This document shows, piece by piece, positions 28,925 through 39,213 of a DNA stretch of 64,000 nt. Where the stretch lies: contig PUNJ01000190.1 in NCBI GenBank assembly GCA_003551705.1, forward strand, positions 5,900 to 69,899, read 5' to 3'. Source of the stretch: Chloroflexota bacterium. GTDB taxonomy: Bacteria > Chloroflexota > Dehalococcoidia > UBA2247 > RBG-13-53-26. Position 1 is the first letter of the stretch, and each line of letters opens with the position of its first letter. The notes under the pieces were generated by a model, which had not been told where the DNA came from, did not search any database, and saw only the letters and a list, made by a program, of their open reading frames with translations. A program made the position numbers and the translations under genes.

Positions 28925-30835
28925 ATGGTTACAAGAACGCCGGCAACAAACGATCAGACCATACCGAAGATGCTAAAGCAGAATGTCGAGCAATACGGCG
29001 AAAAGGTATGGATGCGGAAGAAGGAATTTGGTTTCTGGCGACCTTATACTTGGAACGAATGCTATCAGAGGATCAAGCATTTCGCCCTGGGTCTTAAGTC
29101 CCTCGGCTTCCAGCGCGGGGACGGCCTGGCTATTCAGGGTGACAACAATCCTCACTGGTTCTGGGCCGAGTTAGCCGCTCAATCCCTGGGTGGCGTAGTG
29201 TCCGGCGTCCACTCCGGGTGTTCACCCGAAGAAGTCAAGTATATCGTCAATCACTGCGATGCCACGTTCCTGGTTGTCCAGGACCAGGAACAGGTGGACA
29301 AGGTAATGGCGATAGTTGACGATATGCCCAACATCAAGAAGATAATCTACTGGAAGAAGAAGGGTATGCGGCATTACGATCTCCCCAACCTTATGGACTT
29401 CGAGGATGTGGAGAAACTCGGCCGGGAATATGAGAAGACCCATCCCGGAGTTTATGAGGAAGAGGTGGCCAAAGGGAAAGGTTCAGACCTGGCCCTGATC
29501 CAGTACACTTCGGGGACCACTGGGTTGCCCAAAGGCGCATTATTCGACTATACCAATCTTTGCTCTTCCAATGACATCTTCTTCAAGGTGAACCCGCTGG
29601 ACGAAACAGATGAATGGCTTTCGTTTGTTTTGCCTGGATGGATGGCGGAGCAGGGTATAGGTTTGCTGGGCAGCATGAATCGCGGTATGCGCATGAATTT
29701 CCCGGAGAAGATGGAAACCATCCTGGAGAATGTCAGGGAGATTGGCGCCAGTGCCATTTTCTATCCTGCCAACATGTGGGATTTCACGGTCTCGACTATC
29801 CAGAACCGGCTTACTGAGACCACCTTTTTGAAGCGAATGCTTTACAGTCTCTGGCTTCCAGTCGGATACAAGATTGCCGATGTGAAGTGCAGTGGAGAAA
29901 CTCCGAACCTTTTCTGGCGGGCATTGTACGCAATGGGTGATGCGATAGTCTTCCGCCCGCTCAGGGACAAGCTGGGTTTAGCCAAATTGAAGTTTGCCTT
30001 CACCGGTGGCTCAACGCTGGGCCCGGAGACTTTCAGAATGCTTCTTGCAATAGGACTGGACGTCCGGCAGGTATATGGAGCCAGCGAGACCGGTGTATCC
30101 CAGCATACCAAGGGCGACATCAAGGTGGACTCTGTGGGCAGGCTTAATGCCGATACCACCGTCAGGATTCTTGAGGATGGCCACATCCTGGCCAGTGCGC
30201 CTTCGGGATCGCTCGGGTACCATAAGAACCCTGAGGCTACCAAGGAGAAATTCCAGGGTGGCTGGTACTGGACCGGTGATGCCGGGGCCATGGATGATGA
30301 GGGGCATATTTACTACCTGGACCGTCTGGAATACATGGTCACCTTGGCCAATGGTACCAAGTATGCCCCACAGTTTATCGAAAGCCGCCTCAGGTTCAGC
30401 CCGTATATCAGAATGCTGTTTGTTGTAGGCGACGAGACCAGGGACTACGTCGTGGCGGTCATCAACATGGACTACGATAACGTCGGGCACTGGGCTGAGA
30501 GGAGACGGATCACGTATACTACCTTCGCTGACCTGTCGCAGAAGCCGGAGGTAAACCAGCTAATCGGCGACGAAATCCGGAAACTCAATGCCAAGCTTCC
30601 TGAAGGCCAACGGGTGAAGAAATTTGTTCTGATCCCTAAGGAATTTGACCCGGACGAGTCGGAGTTGACCCGAACGATGAAGATCAAGAGGGAGTTCCTG
30701 GAGGAGCGTTACAAGAACGTTGTTGAAGCCCTCTACGGCGAAGTTGAGCGAGCAGAAATGGAAGTCCCTGTCGTCTATCGCGATGGACAGCAGGGTTTCA
30801 TAAAGGCCCAGATTACGATAAACGAGCTAGAGTGA
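28925..30835 (+). CDS. AMP-dependent synthetase/ligase (long-chain or aromatic acid-CoA ligase)
   Basis: AMP-binding box IQYTSGTTGLPKGA and the C-terminal ANL fold. ATG after aggtgag. Confidence 0.85.
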   Translation: MVTRTPATNDQTIPKMLKQNVEQYGEKVWMRKKEFGFWRPYTWNECYQRIKHFALGLKSLGFQRGDGLAIQGDNNPHWFWAELAAQSLGGVVSGVHSGCSPEEVKYIVNHCDATFLVVQDQEQVDKVMAIVDDMPNIKKIIYWKKKGMRHYDLPNLMDFEDVEKLGREYEKTHPGVYEEEVAKGKGSDLALIQYTSGTTGLPKGALFDYTNLCSSNDIFFKVNPLDETDEWLSFVLPGWMAEQGIGLLGSMNRGMRMNFPEKMETILENVREIGASAIFYPANMWDFTVSTIQNRLTETTFLKRMLYSLWLPVGYKIADVKCSGETPNLFWRALYAMGDAIVFRPLRDKLGLAKLKFAFTGGSTLGPETFRMLLAIGLDVRQVYGASETGVSQHTKGDIKVDSVGRLNADTTVRILEDGHILASAPSGSLGYHKNPEATKEKFQGGWYWTGDAGAMDDEGHIYYLDRLEYMVTLANGTKYAPQFIESRLRFSPYIRMLFVVGDETRDYVVAVINMDYDNVGHWAERRRITYTTFADLSQKPEVNQLIGDEIRKLNAKLPEGQRVKKFVLIPKEFDPDESELTRTMKIKREFLEERYKNVVEALYGEVERAEMEVPVVYRDGQQGFIKAQITINELE

Positions 30836-30847
30836 GGGATTTGAGCT

Positions 30848-31717
30848 ATGACTGATCTTGCCGATATCCTAATTCAAGGCTTCCTGGTAGGCGGGTTATA
30901 CGCGCTGCTTGCTCTGGGGTTTGTGATGGTGGTGAAATCATCGCAGATCCTTAACCTGGCCTACGGCTACCAGATTCTAATAACTGCCTATATTCTGTTC
31001 TGGCTGCTCGATGGCCTGGGGCTTCCTCTCGGAGTAGCGGTGCCAGTCATCTTCCTTGTTGGCGCATTTATGGGCTTCACTATAGAAAGATTGGCCATCC
31101 GTCCACTCTTGGGCCAGCCCTTCCTGGCTATCTTGATGACAACGCTCATGCTCGGTACGCTGATTAAGGGCATAGCCGTGATGATTTGGGCAGGCGCATC
31201 CTACTCTTTCCCGTTTACACCTGGTGGAATGCTGAACATAGGCGGCATCCAGATCCTGCCTTCTGTACTTTACGCCTTCGTCACCGCTCTGGTTATCTTC
31301 GGTCTCATGTATGTCCTCTTTCAGAAGACCAAGGTCGGTCTCGCCATGCGCGTTGTGGCTGCTGACAATACTGTGGCCCAGAGCCTCGGGATCACCGTTA
31401 AGAAGATATTCAGCGTGTCCTGGGTAGTTAGTGGTGTCATTGCCAGTGTGTGTGCCATGCTGGCCGGAATGGTGCAGATGGTTACCCCGGAGTTGGGTGA
31501 CATTGCACTTATGAAGGGGCTGCCGGTCCTCCTGCTAGGAGGGATGACTTCCCTGCCTGGTGCATTGGTTGGCGGCCTCATTATCGGAGTGGTCGAAGGG
31601 CTTGGTGGCTACTGGGGTGGTGAGATTCGAGAGGTCATTCCGTGGATGATTATGCTATTGATTCTGATTGTCCGGCCCTGGGGTCTGCTTGGGGAACGGC
31701 GTATAGAAAGGATTTAG
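30848..31717 (+). CDS. branched-chain amino acid ABC transporter permease (LivH-type)
   Basis: Multi-TM permease of the BPD_transp_2 family. Confidence 0.85.
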   Translation: MTDLADILIQGFLVGGLYALLALGFVMVVKSSQILNLAYGYQILITAYILFWLLDGLGLPLGVAVPVIFLVGAFMGFTIERLAIRPLLGQPFLAILMTTLMLGTLIKGIAVMIWAGASYSFPFTPGGMLNIGGIQILPSVLYAFVTALVIFGLMYVLFQKTKVGLAMRVVAADNTVAQSLGITVKKIFSVSWVVSGVIASVCAMLAGMVQMVTPELGDIALMKGLPVLLLGGMTSLPGALVGGLIIGVVEGLGGYWGGEIREVIPWMIMLLILIVRPWGLLGERRIERI

Positions 31718-31720
31718 CAG

Positions 31721-32770
31721 ATGGGACTTCCTTGCGGTACTTTCAATACACGCCCTGAAGAGGATATGGCTATATTTAGGACTAGGGCCCAGTGGATAAT
31801 GCTCTTCCTGGGCATCGCCTTCGCAGCCGTTATTGTCCTTGCTATGCCCATGGACTGGGTGGTGTGGACCATCTTGCTTGGGATCTATGTGATAGCAGTA
31901 CTGGGCTTGCATATCCTGACAGGGCTTTGCGGCCAGTTCTCGATGGGGCATGCGGCCTTTATGGCCGTAGGGGCCTATGCAGCTGCGTACCTGGGCGGTG
32001 TCCTGGGCTGGCCGGCATGGGGCACCTTCCTGATAGCTGGCCTGGCAGCGGCCGCGGTGGGAATGATATTTGGTCTGCCCGCGCTCAGAATCAAAGGGTT
32101 CTACCTGGTTATGACTACCATAGCGGCCCAGTTTGTAATAATCTGGTACTTTAGGGAAGCGGGCTGGTCTGGTGGGGTGTACGGACTATCCGTGCCGAGT
32201 CTCGCCATTGGGGGCCAGGCACTGAGCTACATTCAATTTTGGTGGCTGACTCTTGCTATCATCGTGCCCATGCTTTATCTGGCCAAGAATATACAGCGAA
32301 CATCGTGGGGCAGGAAGTTCGTTGCGGTTCGGGACAATGACCTGGCTGCTGAGGTTATGGGCATCAACCTATTCCGCACCAAAATCGTAGCCTTCTTCAT
32401 TGGCTGCTTTTTCGCGGGAATCGGAGGCTGGCTGTGGGCGCACTTCATGGGACATATCACTCCGCTCCAATTCGATTTCCATCTCTCGCTGGTGTTTTTG
32501 AGCATAATCATTGTGGGCGGGGTGGGCAGTACGGCTGGGGTGGTCCTCGGCGCCGTGGTTTTGAGGCTTGTGGAGAAGCTGGTTGACAATGTATCCAGCG
32601 CTTTGCAAGGTGCCTTCCCGGACGTTTTCGGTGTGCAGGTCTTTCCGGCCCTGTCCCTGATATTCTTTGCGGCCGTGGTGCTGTTTTTCATTCGCTGGGA
32701 GCCGAGAGGACTGTATCACAAGTTGCAGAGGTTCAAGACCTACTATCGCTTGCATCCTTTCTCTTACTAA
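31721..32770 (+). CDS. branched-chain amino acid ABC transporter permease (LivM-type)
   Basis: Multi-TM permease. Start lies 4 nt after the LivH stop. Confidence 0.85.
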   Translation: MGLPCGTFNTRPEEDMAIFRTRAQWIMLFLGIAFAAVIVLAMPMDWVVWTILLGIYVIAVLGLHILTGLCGQFSMGHAAFMAVGAYAAAYLGGVLGWPAWGTFLIAGLAAAAVGMIFGLPALRIKGFYLVMTTIAAQFVIIWYFREAGWSGGVYGLSVPSLAIGGQALSYIQFWWLTLAIIVPMLYLAKNIQRTSWGRKFVAVRDNDLAAEVMGINLFRTKIVAFFIGCFFAGIGGWLWAHFMGHITPLQFDFHLSLVFLSIIIVGGVGSTAGVVLGAVVLRLVEKLVDNVSSALQGAFPDVFGVQVFPALSLIFFAAVVLFFIRWEPRGLYHKLQRFKTYYRLHPFSY

Positions 32771-32935
32771 CCCCGGAGTTTGCGGTCAAAGAGGCACTGG
32801 CACAAGCCAGTGCCTCTTTGTGTATGCCGGGCTTGTGCCGTCAGGGATCGGGACTGTTTCACAGGATTTTGCTTTAATAGAGTCTACGGGCTCCGTTATG
32901 CTGGCAAACGTACAAAGTGTTAGAATAGACGCGAC

Positions 32936-33679
32936 ATGCCCCAAATAGTCCTTCTTTTGCTCTGGATCGTCGGCATCTCCAGCTTTACTTTCTTCGGTGC
33001 CTTCTACGCCAGAAGATATGCCAAGGCCGATGCCCTAATCGCCCTCTACGTCGTATTCATAGCTGTGAGCCAGATCATGGCCGCGAAGATAGCTGAGTAC
33101 GATCTGGGATTCATTGTCGTAACTGCGCCCGCAGCAGTATTGGTCTATTCGGTAACCTATCTGTTCACCGACATAGTAAACGAGAGGTTTGGCCGCAAGG
33201 AAGTCCACAGGATGATTCTTGTGGCTTTCGTAACGCAGCTCGCCATGGTCCTCTTTATCTGGCTGGGGACTCATCTCGAGCCGGCACCGTTCTGGGGCGG
33301 GCAAGAGTCCTGGGAGAGCCTGTTGGGTGTGGTACCCCGGATAACACTGGCCTCATGGATAGCCTTTCTTATCTCCGCCAACCTGGATGCCTGGGTCTTT
33401 GATGTCTTTAAGAGGATCACCCGGGGCAGGCACTTGTGGATGCGCAACGCAGTCAGTTCCATACCGGCATTGGGCTTGGACACAGTCCTGTTTGTGTCCA
33501 TAGCCTTCGCGGGCATGCTCCCGCTTGGCTCGCTGATGATAGGCCAGATCTTCACCAAATGGCTCGTGGGTCTGGTCAACATACCTTTCATGTACTTCAA
33601 TCGATGGGTCATATATGCAGGCAAGCCGATATCGAGGGCTTGGCAGCACGTGGACGGGGAGACCGGCCGGTTGGAGTAA
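32936..33679 (+). CDS. queuosine-precursor transporter (VUT/YhhQ, DUF165)
   Basis: Six-TM protein with conserved YLFTDIVNERFG and DAWVF segments of the YhhQ family. Confidence 0.75.
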   Translation: MPQIVLLLLWIVGISSFTFFGAFYARRYAKADALIALYVVFIAVSQIMAAKIAEYDLGFIVVTAPAAVLVYSVTYLFTDIVNERFGRKEVHRMILVAFVTQLAMVLFIWLGTHLEPAPFWGGQESWESLLGVVPRITLASWIAFLISANLDAWVFDVFKRITRGRHLWMRNAVSSIPALGLDTVLFVSIAFAGMLPLGSLMIGQIFTKWLVGLVNIPFMYFNRWVIYAGKPISRAWQHVDGETGRLE

Positions 33680-33779
33680 TGGTGTTCTCAGGGTCAGGCA
33701 AGGTCAATTGACAAAGTTTGCCGTCAGTCAGTATCCTTGAACCGCTACATCCTTTGGCAAGAAGATAGGAGGTCTATCT

Positions 33780-34580
33780 GTGGATTATAAAGATATCATT
33801 GTTGAGAAGAAGGGCCACATTGCTACACTGATCCTCAACCGCCCGGACAAAATGAATGCCATGTCACTCGAAACGAGGGAAGAGATAACGGCGGCATTGA
33901 ATGATATCAACCAGGATGACGATATGCGGGTCATGATCATTACCGGGTCCGGTGATAAAGCGTTCTGCGCCGGGGTGGATGTCAGCGTCATGTCTTCACG
34001 GATTAGCGGCCAGCAACAAGACCTTCCGACGCGGGGCGCGTTGACCCAGCGGATGGGCTTTCAGGTACCAATTTTCAGGCAGATCCGTGTGCCCACGATC
34101 GCTGCAATCAACGGCGTTACGGCCGGCATGGGCATGTCTTTTATATGTGCCTGCGATATACGGATAGCTGCCGAAAACGCCCGCTTCACGTGTGCCTGGG
34201 TCAAGCGAGGGCTGGTCCCCGACGGGGCTGCCACCTTCCTGGTCCCACAGGTAGTTGGGCTGGAAAAGGCCTTGGAGCTGTTCTATACCGGGGACGTCAT
34301 TGATGCTCAGGAAGCCCTGCGGATCCGATTGGTGGGCAGGGTAGTTCCGCAGGCGGAGCTTATGACCGCGACCAGGGAACTGGCTGAGAAGATCGCTGGC
34401 AATCCGCCTATCCCCGTGGAGCTGGCCAAGTATGGGGTCTACAAGGGACTGGAACTGGACATCGAAAGCGCACTTGATTATGAGAACTTTGCCATCAAGG
34501 TCTGCACTGGTACCGAGGACTACAAGGAAGGCGTGATGGCCTTTATGGAGAAGAGAAAACCGGAGTTCAAGGGGCGTTAG
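33780..34580 (+). CDS. enoyl-CoA hydratase/isomerase (crotonase family)
   Basis: ILNRPDKMNAM...FCAGVDV oxyanion-hole motifs. Confidence 0.85.
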   Translation: MDYKDIIVEKKGHIATLILNRPDKMNAMSLETREEITAALNDINQDDDMRVMIITGSGDKAFCAGVDVSVMSSRISGQQQDLPTRGALTQRMGFQVPIFRQIRVPTIAAINGVTAGMGMSFICACDIRIAAENARFTCAWVKRGLVPDGAATFLVPQVVGLEKALELFYTGDVIDAQEALRIRLVGRVVPQAELMTATRELAEKIAGNPPIPVELAKYGVYKGLELDIESALDYENFAIKVCTGTEDYKEGVMAFMEKRKPEFKGR

Positions 34581-34640
34581 TAAACAAATTTTGCCTGCGA
34601 AAACAGCGGCTGTCCCGGCAGGCTGGGGCGGCCGCTGATG

Positions 34641-36503
34641 TCATATCCAAGCGTGCGAGGCTTGGTCAAAGTTAAAACCCTGGTCGTTGAAGAGACTCAA
34701 ACAGGCGGCGACCACGTCGGCATCATACAGGGTGCCCTGGTTCTGCACCACCTCATCGAGGGCGCTATCGATACCCAATGCCGACCTGTAGGGACGGTGT
34801 GAAGACATCGCCTCTACTACATCGGCCACGCTCAGGATCATGGCTTCCTGCATGATCCTGTCCCGGCACAGGCCGGCGGGATACCCGGTACCCCCCATTC
34901 TCTCGTGGTGTTGGAGAATTATGTCCGCCACAGGCCAGGGGAATTCGATGTTCTTTACAATGTCGTGGCCCACTTGGGGATGAGTCTTGATTATGTTGAA
35001 TTCATAGTCGCTTATCCTGCCGGGCTTGCTCAGGATTTCAGCGGGCACGTATATCTTGCCGATGTCGTGCAGGAGCCCGGCAACCCGGATGCCCTCAATC
35101 GCATCCTCGGGGAGACCCATGGTGCGGGCTATTGCCGTGGCGAGCTGTGCCACGCGGCGCTGGTGGCCGGCGGTATAAGGGTCACGCTTCTCGGCTACCG
35201 ACGCCAAGACCTCAACGGTCTCATCGAGTATGCGCTGCAGCTTCTTGATGCTCTTCTCAAGCTCCTCCTCGGCCTTCTTTCTGTCGGTGATGTCCATGTA
35301 ATTGCCCAGGGTAGCTCTTTGTCCCTGGTAGGGTATGGACACCACGGTCTCCAGTACCCAGCGTGGTTCGCCGTGCTTGTTGATCATCCGGTATTCGTAA
35401 GGAAGGACCCTTTGCCCCTTTAGCATGCGAATTGCGTTTTCTCGCACAGACGCCCGGTCTTCGACAGTGGCGAATTGGAGGGACTGCATGCCCAGCAATT
35501 CCCTTTCGCTATACCCAGTAGATTTGCGGAATTGGGGGTTGGCGAATTTGAATCTGCCGTCTTGGACTATGTAGATGCCCACTGGGGAGCTATCAGCCAG
35601 CGTCTTAAAAAGGTCCTCGGCTCGCTTTCTTTCGGAGATATCCCTGGTAACCCCGAGATATCCGACCAGTTTTCCGCTGGCGTCGCGCAGATAGCTGATC
35701 TTATTCTCGGTCCAGATGGTGGAACCGTCTTTGCATGTTAATTCCATTTCCAGAGTGACGGTCGTATACCTGTCCTGTAGGCCGAGTCTCTCAGCCTCTT
35801 GTTCATCGGCCAGAGTCCGCAGAGCGAGCTCCGCCGAGGCAGGCGTGACATTTTGATCCAGATTATGAGATTTCGCCTCCTCAACACTGTAGCCCCGTAA
35901 GCGCTCGATAGAGGGGCTTATATACGTGTATCGCATCTGGGTGTCCATGGTCCAGATGACATCGGAGACATTCTCAGCGAGCAAGCGATAGCCCCTCTCG
36001 CTATCCCTGAGGGCATCCTCTGCCTGTTTACGCAGGCTGATGTCGCGCACCAGGGCCAGCAAGCCCACCACCGAGCCTGCCTGGTCATGCAGCAGGACCG
36101 ATGCAGATTCTACCCACACCGTTGATCCGTCGTTGCGTATCAACTCCAGGTCCATGAGGCGAGGCTCGGACTGTCCGTTTCCCGCCCCGTCAGCCTCCAA
36201 TTCCTCTTGGAAGGCTTTCAGGGCCAGGTCCATGGATCTGTTGGTCAACACAGATCCCAGTGTTTGCGCCATGGCCACCGTATGGGTATAACCGAGAAGG
36301 CGGGTGATGGAGGGACTTAGAAAAGTAGGGCGCAGATCGAGGTCCGTCGTCACGATAACGTCGCTGACATTCTCCGCCAGAAGACGGTAACGCGACTCGC
36401 TTTCGTGCAATAACTGGACCATCTTCTGGTTCTCGGCCTCCACGGCTGCCAGCCTGGCCCTCAATTGGTCCATGGTTGTCAATTCTCTTTGCATGCTATT
36501 CAC
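34641..36503 (-). CDS. PAS-domain sensor with a C-terminal HD-GYP c-di-GMP phosphodiesterase domain
   Basis: Three PAS/PAC-like segments, then HD-GYP motifs (HQRRVA...LLHDIGK...HHERMGGTGYP). Confidence 0.85.
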   Translation of the reverse strand: MNSMQRELTTMDQLRARLAAVEAENQKMVQLLHESESRYRLLAENVSDVIVTTDLDLRPTFLSPSITRLLGYTHTVAMAQTLGSVLTNRSMDLALKAFQEELEADGAGNGQSEPRLMDLELIRNDGSTVWVESASVLLHDQAGSVVGLLALVRDISLRKQAEDALRDSERGYRLLAENVSDVIWTMDTQMRYTYISPSIERLRGYSVEEAKSHNLDQNVTPASAELALRTLADEQEAERLGLQDRYTTVTLEMELTCKDGSTIWTENKISYLRDASGKLVGYLGVTRDISERKRAEDLFKTLADSSPVGIYIVQDGRFKFANPQFRKSTGYSERELLGMQSLQFATVEDRASVRENAIRMLKGQRVLPYEYRMINKHGEPRWVLETVVSIPYQGQRATLGNYMDITDRKKAEEELEKSIKKLQRILDETVEVLASVAEKRDPYTAGHQRRVAQLATAIARTMGLPEDAIEGIRVAGLLHDIGKIYVPAEILSKPGRISDYEFNIIKTHPQVGHDIVKNIEFPWPVADIILQHHERMGGTGYPAGLCRDRIMQEAMILSVADVVEAMSSHRPYRSALGIDSALDEVVQNQGTLYDADVVAACLSLFNDQGFNFDQASHAWI

Positions 36504-36525
36504 CCAGTCTATCCTGCCTCATCCT

Positions 36526-37830
36526 TCACAATCTTTCTTGTCCTGGGAGGACACGGTAGCCATTACCTCCTTCGTCCTTGACATGGTACATGGCCATGTC
36601 GGCATTCATCAGGAGCGTTTCGGCATCCCGACCATGTTCTGGAAAAAGCGCAACCCCGATGCTGGCTGTCAACTTCAGTTCATGGGAATCTATAATAAAA
36701 GGTCTTTCGAAGGCTCCCTGGATTCTCTTGGCGACCGTGAGTACCGCTTCCGGCGTTATCTCGGCCAGCAGGAGGAGAAACTCGTCGCCGCCAAACCTCC
36801 CAACGAGATCGTTCTCTCGCAGGATGCTCTTCAACCTGATGGCCACGCATTTGAGCACCTGATCGCCCATCTTGTGCCCAAGCGTGTCATTGATGGCCTT
36901 CAGCCGGTCAAGATCGATCAATAGCAATGCTATTGTCCGATGGTAGTAATGTGCCAGCTCAAGCGCCCTGTTCAGGTATTCAGTAAAGAGCAACCGGTTG
37001 GGCAGTCCGGTAAGCGGGTCGTGATAGGCAAGGCGTCTTATCGCCTCTTCAATCCGCGATTCCCGATCGATGTTGTGAAGCCATTGCTGGACTTCCATCC
37101 CAGGTTCGTAAGGGGACAAGGGGGGTTCCTGAAAATAGAAGTTACGGTGTAGTCTGTTCTTCCGGACCAGAAAGGGATGAGTGGTGACTATGGCCCGAAC
37201 GATCTCAGGGGTTAGCTCTTGGCGGTCGTACTGGCACAAAGTTATACAGGGATACTGTGTCACGATATGCTTGTTGAGTCTTTCTTCGTGGTCTGCGGCC
37301 TTCCCGAAACCGGGATGCCGGCACAAAGTCGAACTCATTTGTGTCGAAATACGGATCGCCGGGTAGCCCTCTGCCAAGGCGTTCTTGCTCTCCTTCTCGA
37401 GCAAAGCCACGATATCATCGGAACTGAGCGTGCCCTTGCAGGCTGCCTCGACACCGCATAGGGCGGAGAGCTGACCTCGATTTTCGGCAGCCGGCACGTC
37501 TATGCCGTCCTCGTACAGGTATCGGCGAAGGCGATAAGCCGAATCGAGGTCGCCTATGTTTATGCACTTTTCTCCCCTTCTAATGCCGCCGGCAATAAAG
37601 GCAACAATATTTCTACGCCACTCCTGTTGGGATTCACAGATGGCCCCGATATGATCGTGAGAATAGAGATTACGTAACGCCTCCAAGAGGTCAATGGGCC
37701 TGCAGAGACGTTCGATCAATTGCATCTGGGAAGCCTGTTCTGCGGCGAGAGCCTCGAGCTGTGCCAGGCGTTCCCGCAGAGCCAGTACCTCCTCTGCAAG
37801 CTTCTCCCTTGACCTGCTGTTATCTAACAT
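36526..37830 (-). CDS. MEDS-domain diguanylate cyclase (GGDEF)
   Basis: N-terminal MEDS-like sensory region and a C-terminal GGDEF domain (YHDPLTGLPNR...RFGGDEFLLL). Confidence 0.85.
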   Translation of the reverse strand: MLDNSRSREKLAEEVLALRERLAQLEALAAEQASQMQLIERLCRPIDLLEALRNLYSHDHIGAICESQQEWRRNIVAFIAGGIRRGEKCINIGDLDSAYRLRRYLYEDGIDVPAAENRGQLSALCGVEAACKGTLSSDDIVALLEKESKNALAEGYPAIRISTQMSSTLCRHPGFGKAADHEERLNKHIVTQYPCITLCQYDRQELTPEIVRAIVTTHPFLVRKNRLHRNFYFQEPPLSPYEPGMEVQQWLHNIDRESRIEEAIRRLAYHDPLTGLPNRLLFTEYLNRALELAHYYHRTIALLLIDLDRLKAINDTLGHKMGDQVLKCVAIRLKSILRENDLVGRFGGDEFLLLLAEITPEAVLTVAKRIQGAFERPFIIDSHELKLTASIGVALFPEHGRDAETLLMNADMAMYHVKDEGGNGYRVLPGQERL

Positions 37831-37972
37831 GTCATTCTTTAAAGGCTGGCACTGCCAGGGGCCGAAAACTCCCTGTCGCCATCCGGCTCATTATATCACC
37901 AGATGTGAACTTGCCGAAACGTGTCAAGTTTATCGGAAGCGATCCGGTGCTAAGCAGGAGGTTAGCACTGTC

Positions 37973-39004
37973 ATGAGAGAAGACCTTGTCCACATGATAA
38001 CTGGGGAACCACGAAGTGTAGAGTGGGTCAACTACCGGGGATTTCCATTGACGGACCGCACATTCTCTGATGGTGAGCGATGTCCCACTTTCATGCTGGC
38101 GAACCTGCGCTCGGAAGTTGATATTGACCACAATCTGAACAAGATAGAACGGATTGTGCAGATCGCTCACGAAAAGGAAGTGGACATTCTGGTATTGCCG
38201 GAACTATGCGTTTCCGGCTATGTCTGGGACCATGTGGAGGCGAACGAGGTACATGAGCATCTCAGGCTGGCCAATAATCGCCGGTCCACCGTGAAGAGAG
38301 TGCTGGATGGCATTAACAGGGGGCTGGTAGAGTCAGGGCCGGGGCTCAGAATGGTGATTTTCGGCAATTGCCGGACCTATCCAGAGTCGATAGTCCCTTT
38401 CGATTCGGCTTTCGTCATGGCTTCGGGTTGGGACTATAACGACGTCTTTTACGACAAGATATACCTGACACCGCTGGAGAAGAACTATTTTGGCAGAGGC
38501 AGCGATAGAAGGCTGGTGATACAGACAAAGTGGGGACGCATAGGAGTTATCATCTGCTATGACCTGTGTTTTGTCGACATGGGGAAGAAGTACGCATTCA
38601 TGGATGAGGTGGACATCATAATCACGCTGGCCGCGTGGCGAACGGAAGCCGTGAGGGAGTATCCGCTGTTCAATATCAAATTGAACAACTACTATGAGTT
38701 CATCTGGAACCTGATGCACTCAGCACTGGCGGCCCACAATCAGGTATGGAGCATGGGGGTCAACTGTGTAGGTTCTTTTGAGAAGACCGGGGGTATCTTC
38801 TGCGGAGATAGCGGTATCTGGAGCCCTTCCGGTATTGCGCTGGCACAAGCTTCCGGAAGCATGGAGGAACTGCTGATCATCCGTAACCTTGAGATTGGCG
38901 GGCACATGAGACACCAGGCTAAGGAAGACGTCGACTATCGGATCGACTTTGATGAAGTGTACCGGCAGATACGGGACATACCTCCGCGGGAGGTTCAACT
39001 ATAG
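37973..39004 (+). CDS. carbon-nitrogen hydrolase (nitrilase superfamily)
   Basis: ATG 7 nt after aggagg. E-K-C triad context (LPELCVSGY; IICYDLCF). Confidence 0.8.
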   Translation: MREDLVHMITGEPRSVEWVNYRGFPLTDRTFSDGERCPTFMLANLRSEVDIDHNLNKIERIVQIAHEKEVDILVLPELCVSGYVWDHVEANEVHEHLRLANNRRSTVKRVLDGINRGLVESGPGLRMVIFGNCRTYPESIVPFDSAFVMASGWDYNDVFYDKIYLTPLEKNYFGRGSDRRLVIQTKWGRIGVIICYDLCFVDMGKKYAFMDEVDIIITLAAWRTEAVREYPLFNIKLNNYYEFIWNLMHSALAAHNQVWSMGVNCVGSFEKTGGIFCGDSGIWSPSGIALAQASGSMEELLIIRNLEIGGHMRHQAKEDVDYRIDFDEVYRQIRDIPPREVQL

Positions 39005-39213
39005 ACCCGATTTCCGGTTTGGCGTATCCGGTTAAGACTGGAAAGGTAATGGGGACAGGGGCGGCGATGGCCTCGTCTTGCCAGGCAGGGGCCTTGCTTG
39101 ACTGTAACCAATTAGGCGTAGTAAACTAACTATCGATGTCGGCAGACACAATCTGATAGGGGATCAAGGGGCAGGGGTGCCTCTTTTATTATGTTTGAAG
39201 AGGAGGGTTGCTT

